A stretch of 64,000 bases of DNA from NCBI GenBank assembly GCA_008369845.1, contig MRSU01000013.1:1-64000 (forward strand). The letters are read 5' to 3'. Every line of letters starts with the position of its first letter. Positions within the stretch are counted from its first letter, which is position 1. This DNA is from Trichomonas gallinae. Lineage: Eukaryota. This document shows, piece after piece, positions 55,984 through 64,000 of the stretch. The notes beneath the pieces were generated by a model. The model ran no database searches. It was given only the letters and a program-made list of their open reading frames with translations, and was not told the DNA's origin. Position numbers and translations under genes: made by a program.

Positions 55984-56533
55984 AATACGAGAATGAAAAA
56001 GTGAATTTTTCTAAAAATCTAATATGGTAAAATATATTTTTAAGCAATTAATTTAATAGTTAACTCAGTATATTATAACATTATTTATTTAAAATCTAAA
56101 AATATTAATATCTTGTTGTGATTTTTTACATTTTTTAGTTCTATGAATTGCTTTGTATCATTTTGATCAATTGCAGCAGAAAACAACTAAATTTCGAATT
56201 ATCAATGAATTTATACCTTGTATAATATAGAGAATATGTAAACTTATTTCATTTTCAACAATTATATTTTGATGCGGCCAAATTGTTAGTACACAGCTGA
56301 AATTCGAAGAGTTCATTATTCATCAAAAATATAATATCATCTTCAATTGTTCAAGGATGCTAATTCAATTAAAATTGAAATTCATAAATCAGCAGGATTT
56401 TTAGATCAAAACCGTAACATATGATCCATATTTCGCTAAAATGAATATCCATAATGTCCATAAATATGCATTATCTATATTAAAATTATTCAATTTTATT
56501 ATAAAGCTAAATAAATGTTTTATTAGAGTAAAT

Positions 56534-56962
56534 TTAATGACGGCTACGGCGTGGGCCTGAACGTCTGGTCATACCAAATACATTCTCTCTTTTTGCTTTA
56601 ATTTTAAGATTCTTACCAGCAAATAAGTTATTATTTAGTGTATTAATAGCTAAATTTGCTGCCTCTAGTGAATCAAACTCAATGTAAGCGTATTTTCCAG
56701 ATTTTGGATTAGATTTAAGCGTAAGTTTTTTAATCTTTCCACAGCAACTGAAGTAATTTTCTAATTTATCTTGCGAAACGGAAGCATCTAAATTTCCAAC
56801 CCATATAGAATTCTCGTTCTTAGGCTTTTCCACTGGAGCAGCATCAGCGGCTGCTGCGTCTGCTGCAGGCTGTGCAGCAATGGGAACTATTGGAGCTGTT
56901 GTGGCTGCTGACTGGTTCTTTTTGATTGCATCAAGCTTCTTCCTGAAATCTTCGAGACTCAT
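56534..56962 (-). CDS. Single-RRM protein, PABPN1/PABP2-like
   Basis: RNP2 IWVGNL, RNP1 KYAYIEF, YFSCCG, AKRENVFGM and an Arg-rich tail. Confidence 0.75.
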   Translation of the reverse strand: MSLEDFRKKLDAIKKNQSAATTAPIVPIAAQPAADAAAADAAPVEKPKNENSIWVGNLDASVSQDKLENYFSCCGKIKKLTLKSNPKSGKYAYIEFDSLEAANLAINTLNNNLFAGKNLKIKAKRENVFGMTRRSGPRRSRH

Positions 56963-57196
56963 GAATTTTACCGCCAGAAATTAAATTCATTTTTGACATG
57001 TAAATTGTAACAATAATGACAATGTCGAAATATCCGATTATTTTCAATTCAAATTTAAAAACTTTATAATACATAAAAATACTTTTTAGAGTTTGAAACT
57101 TTGGCATATATATCCTCTATATGCATGTATTATGTCTGTAAACTCATCTTTTGATCATCTTCAAAAAATAGTAACTTTGATGATGCTAATCTACTA

Positions 57197-57315
57197 TGAA
57201 TTACATGTCATAAACTATGTCAAATGCTTAATTATGACATGTAAATATATTTGTCGTGTAAAATATGATTTACATATCAGAAATTATGTCAAATGCTTAT
57301 TTATGTCATGTAAAA
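57197..57315. promoter_or_regulatory. Cluster of ~5 TG(A/T)CATGTAAA motifs in both orientations within a ~69-bp-period duplication
   Basis: Copies near 57201, 57235, 57251, 57269 and 57304; repeated unit ttacat.tca.aaa.tatgtcaaatgctta.ttatg.catgtaaa. Confidence 0.7.
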
Positions 57316-57553
57316 TATGATATACTTGACAGAATAAGTTTCGGATTTAACTTATGATTAATTTAGCGTGATAAGACCATTTCGCATAACCACGATGTGA
57401 AGCTGCGGGACAAGCTCTCCACGTTCTCATCAAAGCGAGCCCAAACTAGCAACTATCTAAAAAAAATCGATCAAAAAATTGGAAAATATATTTACACCAT
57501 TGTCACTTTTTATCTCAAAAATTGAGAGCAATTCAAAATATTACAAATTTTAG

Positions 57554-60034
57554 ATGAATTCAAGAAGAACAGGAAATTATTCGCCAAATAGGACTCATTC
57601 CTTATCAACATCTGGCAGCAGTTATCGCGACGATATATACGGGTCTCCAGTTGGAAACTATCAAAAATCGAATTACAGATATACGAAACCTCAATCGATC
57701 AAAGACAAATACACTCTACCTGATGAAATGATTCACAGGAGCAAATCCAAGCCAAAACTGAGCACATCACCTTTATCATCTCCAACAATCAAATCTCCAC
57801 CGAAATCACGAAATGCCATAAATTCTCCGACAGTACAGAAACAAAAACTTGTAGTCAGTCTTGATGAACGCCTTAGATCTGCTGGTGTTATATCAACAAA
57901 GTCGCCTAAAAATAAATCTCAGCACATAGACCCGCTTATAAAACTGCAGAAACTACTGAATGAGATACTTTCGGATTCAGATTCCGATGATGTAGATAAT
58001 CTTATTGAATCAATCCACGCTGTTGCTGAAGGAAAGGCGCCAAAGCAAGCATGCAAATATTTTAAAGACATCGATGTACCGCAAAATGTATATACACCGC
58101 CAAAACAAACAAATATTCAAAAACCACAACAGACGCAGCCAGTAAAGCCAATATCACCGCCAAAACCAAAGCCTAAGCCAGCACAGAAAATTGTCGTGCT
58201 TGAAGACTCAGATGACGAAGTTAAAGAAATTAATTTAAGCGAAACAGTCAGCCCTATTCAGCCAGCGACAAGACAAGTAAAAGAAGAACAAAAATCACAC
58301 AGAAGTCCAAAATACAATGTCGGAGAAGACCTTTATAATACAGCTTATCCAACATTGAGCAGCACAAGTCCGAAACAGACGAATTCCAAGCAGAGACTTA
58401 GCTCAGGACAGCGTCTTTACGCGCTAACAACAGGTCAGAACATAGAAGAAGCTGATCCGCTCGATTTTTCGATGACAGATTTGAGCGAAACAAGAAAAGG
58501 AGCTGATTCACTAGATTTTTCGACAACTGAACTGAGTGAAACGAGGAAAGAAGCTATTAACGAGCTCCTCGACCTCGATTCAACGCAAGGGCTTCAATCG
58601 GACCAAGAAATCGTCAACAGAATCAACAAACTCATCGGACAGTCAGTGGATGAGCCAAACTCAGCCGAAGAAGAGGAAGAAGAAGCAGAATATGAGGAAG
58701 AGGAAGAAACTCACAGTGAAGCCGTAAAAAGCGAAGAAAATCCAATCGAAGTCAAATCAAGCGCGAGCGAGAAAGTTGTTGAAGAAATTACGCATCACGA
58801 CGAGCCATTGCAGCCGATTCCAGAAGTCAATCCCGACAAATACAGATTCGATGACGACGAGGAATACAAAGAAGATATGGACAACGAAGAGCTTCTGCAG
58901 ATGGCTGACAGTATCATCCACAAAGTCCATCCAGATGATATCGCTGAAGTCAAGGAGTCAGTAGAAGAGATTGAAGAAGATGAGGAAGAAGAAGATCTGG
59001 GAATTCAAATGCATAACGGTTTCATTGTTCCTTCAGTAGAAACTGATGACGAGACAACCGGTGGCAGACTCACGGAGAAGAAGAGTGAACCAGAAGACCC
59101 AGAGCTTGATGAGTTACTACAGAAGCTCAAAAACCATCACGAAAAGACTGACGAGCCAGAGATGAACGAATACTTCGATGACCTCAAAGGCGACTTGGAT
59201 AAAACTTCACCAGTCAAGAAGGCAAACATAGAAGAAATTGTCAACGAGCAGAAGGAGGTAATGACTCGCATTAACTCAATCAACGACTTGATCAACAACA
59301 TCGACAACGAATTCGAAGAAGAAGACGAAGAGATGAATAACGATATTCCTACTTCAAAGTTGATTCATGATGATGTAATTTCTTCATTAAATCACTATAA
59401 TGAAATCTCAACACCAAGCACCTACAATGATGCTGAAATTACACCATCAAGAGTTGATGCATCGAACAGAAACGACCATGATAATATTTCATCTGCAAAT
59501 AATGATGCTAAAATTGCTCCATCAAAAGTTGACGAAAACATTTCATCCAATAAAAAAGATGACATAATATCGACAACAAATACAAATGATCATAATGTTA
59601 TTGCATCAAACACAAATGATGTTAAAACTCCAACATTGAGCACAAATGAAATTCCAAAAACGAATGAAACAAAGAAGGAAAATGAATTAAAGGTTGTTCA
59701 AGAAACACCACATGAAGAAGAAAAAATTAACGAAGTTAAACCTGTTCAAAATGAAGAAAAACCACAGCCAATAGAAGAAAAACCGGTCAAAGTCATTAAA
59801 GAAGACCAAAATGATGAAATAGTCGAAGATGAAGACGATATTGTTATTGTGAAACCATATAAAGAAGAAACAGAAGTCAAGAAGAGAGAAATTGCTGATG
59901 ATGAACCAGTCAGCGAAGAAGTTACTGGTGAAATACAGCAAATTGGTGACGAAATCATTCATGACGTGAATTTTATCGACGACAAGAATGAAATAATACC
60001 AGAAATAGCTCCAATCAATCAGGAAGATTTATAA
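57554..60034 (+). CDS. Low-complexity disordered protein (basic SP-rich N-terminus, acidic C-terminal two-thirds)
   Basis: 826-aa ATG ORF; internal 17-aa duplication ADxLDFSxTxLSETRK at about 58451-58552. Confidence 0.8.
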   Translation: MNSRRTGNYSPNRTHSLSTSGSSYRDDIYGSPVGNYQKSNYRYTKPQSIKDKYTLPDEMIHRSKSKPKLSTSPLSSPTIKSPPKSRNAINSPTVQKQKLVVSLDERLRSAGVISTKSPKNKSQHIDPLIKLQKLLNEILSDSDSDDVDNLIESIHAVAEGKAPKQACKYFKDIDVPQNVYTPPKQTNIQKPQQTQPVKPISPPKPKPKPAQKIVVLEDSDDEVKEINLSETVSPIQPATRQVKEEQKSHRSPKYNVGEDLYNTAYPTLSSTSPKQTNSKQRLSSGQRLYALTTGQNIEEADPLDFSMTDLSETRKGADSLDFSTTELSETRKEAINELLDLDSTQGLQSDQEIVNRINKLIGQSVDEPNSAEEEEEEAEYEEEEETHSEAVKSEENPIEVKSSASEKVVEEITHHDEPLQPIPEVNPDKYRFDDDEEYKEDMDNEELLQMADSIIHKVHPDDIAEVKESVEEIEEDEEEEDLGIQMHNGFIVPSVETDDETTGGRLTEKKSEPEDPELDELLQKLKNHHEKTDEPEMNEYFDDLKGDLDKTSPVKKANIEEIVNEQKEVMTRINSINDLINNIDNEFEEEDEEMNNDIPTSKLIHDDVISSLNHYNEISTPSTYNDAEITPSRVDASNRNDHDNISSANNDAKIAPSKVDENISSNKKDDIISTTNTNDHNVIASNTNDVKTPTLSTNEIPKTNETKKENELKVVQETPHEEEKINEVKPVQNEEKPQPIEEKPVKVIKEDQNDEIVEDEDDIVIVKPYKEETEVKKREIADDEPVSEEVTGEIQQIGDEIIHDVNFIDDKNEIIPEIAPINQEDL

Positions 60035-60132
60035 TAATTTTTTGTTTATTTATGTTATAATTAAAAAAATGATTTTTAAAACAAACGCAAATAAAATAAA
60101 CATTTAAAAAACAAACTATATAAAATATAATA

Positions 60133-63100
60133 TTAAAATGTGAGCTTTCCACTGAATACGTGGCCTTTCTCACTTGCCAAGAAAATTGTTGATGATTCTT
60201 CAACGAAACAACCAGAAATTATTTCTTCGTCAATTGGCCCCTGAGCGATGATATCAAGGGTAACAGTATCTACAACTATGACACTTGTGCTGTCGAAGCT
60301 GATAATGCAGAAAGATGAACCATGCTTCGTATCAAATTGCTTGCAAAATGTCACGCGACCGTTCATGACATATTCAGACAATATTTTGCCTGTTAAATCC
60401 AGGCTTGTTATTGTCGAAGTTTTCGTGGAAAGAGCTTCATTGGACAGTGTAACAGCAATGATTACACCCATCTCAGATATGCACAAAAACGTCACAGATC
60501 CTTGAAGATTTATTGTCCTTAAATGCGTTGAATTCGAAATCGAAGAAAACAAAACATTTCCGTCTGAATCACCAGAAATAATTAAGTTCATCGAATCATT
60601 GACATCTAGTGCAGTTATTGGCGCATTATGGCATGAAATTAGTGATCTATAGCAGCTCCTGTCCCAAACTACAACAGATGAATCAGAGCTGCCAGTAACA
60701 ATCGTGTTTTCGCTGACAGAAATACATGTTATTGGAAAAGCGTGCAACATGCTGCCCCTTCTTCGCGAAAATGTGTTTCTAAGGGAATATATCTCGAATC
60801 TCACGGACCAAGGCGGACAGAAGACAATTTCGTCGCCTCTGTAAAGTTTTGTCAAAATAAACTCAGAACATAATGGTTTGTAATTCAAATTTGTCGACGA
60901 AATAATTTCGTTGTTTTCTGACAATTCTTGTATTACAACAGAAGTCTTTGTTACTAAAGTTAAAGTGTTTTTCGTGTCACTTTGTACCATGTAGGCCAAT
61001 CCTGGTGATTTGTAGATACTAAAAGCGATTTCTGTCTGTTTTTTGCCAGAAAAGTTGAAAAACTTTGTGAAAATTCTAGAAATTTTTTGCGGACTTGGCT
61101 GGTTAAACAACTGGTCAGGAACAATTCCAAAATTAGCTGCGTGGTTCTGTATGGTGCTCATTAAGCCCTCCGCGTAGTCTTGTTCGAGAACATCGTTGTA
61201 AGAAAACGGATGATAAACATTATAATGCTGCGAAGATTTTTGGTTGATTCCGAAAATCAAATCTATCCATTTGTTGAGATTTTCGCTGACGTAATCGGAC
61301 TCCAAGGCCATTCTGTTTATATACACGTACATAGAGCTGCCGCCTTGTGCCCACTCAGGAAGCTGAACGTCTGAAACCATTATTGTCCTATTATCATCGC
61401 AATAACCTAAATCGAAGTTATTCGAATTAAGCAGAAATTCTCCGTGAGCGAAAAATTGCGGAATCAGTTCCCTGAAGTCAGAATTTCCTTTGGAGACAGA
61501 GTCCCAGGTGCTGGATATGCTAGTGAACAATCTGTTGGGTAGATCGAATTTGCCGCCTTGTAAAGTGATGTGAAGTGATGTATATGGTTCTTGTCTGATT
61601 AAATACGAAATAACATAAGCAGGAGCTGAATAGTGGAATCTATATATGCATGGGAAGTCGCAGGCATCCATGTCATTGTAAGCCTCCATGAGCATGTCAA
61701 GTCTCTCTTTGTCTAAGGCTCCTAAAGGCTTCGACAAATCTCTGTAAATTTTTTCGTCATTCAAGTCAAGCGAAAAAGATTTGTAGTCAGCTATAACCCA
61801 CGGGAAGACCGGATACTGGCTGAGGTCGTGGAATGATCTGCCGCTGAACATGTTTACAAGGTACAAATACTCGTAATTCGAAATCTCTCCGTTCATCCAT
61901 TTTCTGTCGATTTGAAGTTGATGGAATAACTTTGATGCTGATTTCGTCTGAATTCCTTTGCATTTGGGTAGATTCAGCTGGTGAGCGAGTTCTATGAATT
62001 TCTCTAGATAGAACTTTTCGTCGAAAATGAAGAAGTATGATTTATAATCTAAGAATAATTCGACTCCTAATTCAACGTGTAGATGTCTGCGCTTCAATAT
62101 CAGTGTAATATTCGATGGATTAAATGAAATGATTTTGACGACTTTCGTTTGTGATGATCCGATTATATCCATCTGGTCGTTAGACTCGAATTCTACATTA
62201 TCATTAGAAACGTAGAGGACTCCTGAATATATGTGTTTGACTGTCAGCATCCTGCAGTTGAAATTCGCGATAAAACTTCTTTCGAGTTTCTCCTGCGAGA
62301 AAAATTTTTCGTCGACTTTTATTCTCCTTGTTACTTGATTCAATTCATTTGCCGCGTCTCTGAGTTTTGAGGCTTCTTCGTGTAAATCAAAGTTAAAGTT
62401 GAATTTGTACATTGTTGGTCTGCCGATTAAATCTGTGTCTGCTGACATCCTGAAATGTTTCGATGATTTTTCTTGTTTGAATGAGAAATAAATTTGTTTG
62501 TTCTTCTGTATCATCCTTCTCTCTGAGTTTATCATGGAAACAATTTCGCTGTCCTTGAAACTGATAAATTCGCGGACAATTGAATAAATCTTGCAATTAG
62601 AAGACAAAGGATTCAACATGTTTTTGTAGATTTCTATATCATTGTTAACTTTTTCGAATAATTTCGATTGGAAGATGAATAACTCTGAGCCAATTCTACT
62701 ATAAACTTCCTGCATTGTTATAGGCAACGAGCCGTTCCTAATGAGTTTATCTTCTATGGAAATAAAGGAATTTTCGATCTCGTTTGTTGGTTTTTGTATA
62801 ATTAAAAATGAAAATGGAGAAAATTCGTGATGTTCTTCGCCGTTGAATAAATTCACTAAGTGTGGAGCAAATACTATGCATTTCAAGTGGTTATACATCA
62901 TCAGTCTCGCATAAAGAAGCCCGCAGATGAAAGATAATGAGAATCCGCAAAAAGTGAAGTCTATTGTATTATTTTCGCAGGCAAACATAAACAATGATAT
63001 TGTTAAGCGATATTCATCTTCGGATGATACCTTTTCGTTCATATACGCCATGCAATAAATTTTTTTCGTGACATGCTCAGCGTAATCTTGCAAACTGTAT

Positions 63101-64000
63101 ATGTCTGTGATTCCTGATTGACTTGTGACATCGAAAATGCAGAAAATTAAACTGATTTCGAACATTTTCAGATCTTGCATAACTTCAAACTTGTTTGCAA
63201 GCAACGATCTTATGTAAACAATGGCCTGCTTGTTTGTGAGCAGCAATAGATTGATAATTCTCTGCAAATCGTCTGCATTTTGAATGAATTTCGTTATTGT
63301 GAGAACCCAGTTGGAATTTGATGTGAATAATGTAATGTATACGATCCAAAACTCCCAGTTTGAGAATGTGAATGTGTCAAAGTCTGATTTTGGTAGAATT
63401 TCGAAAAACTTATCAGCTAAAATTGTTCTGTGTTCATTTGTAGTGAATTGGAGCATAATAGCAAACATTTGTATCATGCTTTGCATAGTAATTTTTGGAT
63501 TATAAACAAGTTTTTTGTCTTTCAACAAAATTTTGAGATTTGCATCGCAAATTATTGCAAAACAAGCTTCATTCATGAATCTTGTGTGATTTGTATTATT
63601 GTAGTATTGTAAAACTTGTAAAATCTCTTCAGTTGGATCCAAATCATATTGTTTTAGCAAATTAGTGAGAATTACTAAGCCTGTGAGTCTGGTTTCTTCA
63701 CTGTCTGAATGGAAGAACTCAAGGAATGGATATAAACCTTTATCTTTGATTAAACTCTTGATTATTTGGTTATCATCTTGAATTATTTCAATAAGCAGGT
63801 TTTGAGCGTATTTCGAGTGTCTATTTGTACAACTGGCCAAGCCAATCAGTATTTTCAGGTCAGGATTCTGGAAATTCGATTGCGAAAGGTTATTCATAAC
63901 ATTCCACGAATTTGCATAGAGTTTTTCGTCTGTTTCGTCTTGCAACAGCATCACAAACTTCGTTATAACGTCAATGAGCCTCAAACGAAGCAAAATCGGA
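60133..64000 (-). CDS. PH-BEACH-WD40 (Beige/BEACH) protein, 5' part outside window
   Basis: KWMNGEISNYEYLYLVNMFSGRSFHDLSQYPVFPWV, YRDLSKPLG, HYS, GGKFDLPNRLF, DFRELIPQFF, ALESDYVSENLNKWIDLIFG and WD repeats; frame open to the window edge. Confidence 0.95.
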   Translation of the reverse strand, partial: PILLRLRLIDVITKFVMLLQDETDEKLYANSWNVMNNLSQSNFQNPDLKILIGLASCTNRHSKYAQNLLIEIIQDDNQIIKSLIKDKGLYPFLEFFHSDSEETRLTGLVILTNLLKQYDLDPTEEILQVLQYYNNTNHTRFMNEACFAIICDANLKILLKDKKLVYNPKITMQSMIQMFAIMLQFTTNEHRTILADKFFEILPKSDFDTFTFSNWEFWIVYITLFTSNSNWVLTITKFIQNADDLQRIINLLLLTNKQAIVYIRSLLANKFEVMQDLKMFEISLIFCIFDVTSQSGITDIYSLQDYAEHVTKKIYCMAYMNEKVSSEDEYRLTISLFMFACENNTIDFTFCGFSLSFICGLLYARLMMYNHLKCIVFAPHLVNLFNGEEHHEFSPFSFLIIQKPTNEIENSFISIEDKLIRNGSLPITMQEVYSRIGSELFIFQSKLFEKVNNDIEIYKNMLNPLSSNCKIYSIVREFISFKDSEIVSMINSERRMIQKNKQIYFSFKQEKSSKHFRMSADTDLIGRPTMYKFNFNFDLHEEASKLRDAANELNQVTRRIKVDEKFFSQEKLERSFIANFNCRMLTVKHIYSGVLYVSNDNVEFESNDQMDIIGSSQTKVVKIISFNPSNITLILKRRHLHVELGVELFLDYKSYFFIFDEKFYLEKFIELAHQLNLPKCKGIQTKSASKLFHQLQIDRKWMNGEISNYEYLYLVNMFSGRSFHDLSQYPVFPWVIADYKSFSLDLNDEKIYRDLSKPLGALDKERLDMLMEAYNDMDACDFPCIYRFHYSAPAYVISYLIRQEPYTSLHITLQGGKFDLPNRLFTSISSTWDSVSKGNSDFRELIPQFFAHGEFLLNSNNFDLGYCDDNRTIMVSDVQLPEWAQGGSSMYVYINRMALESDYVSENLNKWIDLIFGINQKSSQHYNVYHPFSYNDVLEQDYAEGLMSTIQNHAANFGIVPDQLFNQPSPQKISRIFTKFFNFSGKKQTEIAFSIYKSPGLAYMVQSDTKNTLTLVTKTSVVIQELSENNEIISSTNLNYKPLCSEFILTKLYRGDEIVFCPPWSVRFEIYSLRNTFSRRRGSMLHAFPITCISVSENTIVTGSSDSSVVVWDRSCYRSLISCHNAPITALDVNDSMNLIISGDSDGNVLFSSISNSTHLRTINLQGSVTFLCISEMGVIIAVTLSNEALSTKTSTITSLDLTGKILSEYVMNGRVTFCKQFDTKHGSSFCIISFDSTSVIVVDTVTLDIIAQGPIDEEIISGCFVEESSTIFLASEKGHVFSGKLTF

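Noticed and set aside
57093..57320. 75-aa ORF with repeated YVKCL
   Set aside because: Non-ATG start, and the repeat comes from the duplicated promoter motif unit.
1..64000. Autonomous transposons (Maverick, Tc1/mariner, Mutator), tRNA or rRNA genes
   Set aside because: No transposase, integrase or polB ORF and no tRNA/rRNA signature recognised by eye.

Overview
This is AT-rich, apparently intron-free eukaryotic DNA with the gene content and promoter grammar of a trichomonad parabasalid (Trichomonas-like: BspA and Pmp-like surface genes, small Myb, Inr/AAAGTGAC-type promoter motifs). All assignments are by eye from motif recall, with no database search. It holds about 30 genes: nuclear transport (Nup98-like, exportin-7-like, Nup188-like), flagellar/centriolar (IFT88, POC5, DZIP1-like, FOP/FOR20-like), CCT-alpha, sedlin, a Stealth protein, divergent ALG1, a BEACH protein running off the right edge, and several pseudogenes. 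The most notable unexplained signals are: (1) a TG(T/A/C)CATGTAAA motif, single-copy upstream of many genes and amplified into spaced arrays in four divergent promoters, three of which feed flagellar/centriolar genes; (2) an apparent CNOT11-N-domain/Nup188 fusion; (3) a gene-free block at 15.2-16.8 kb rich in long hairpins; (4) a 47-aa membrane microprotein missed by the ORF track.
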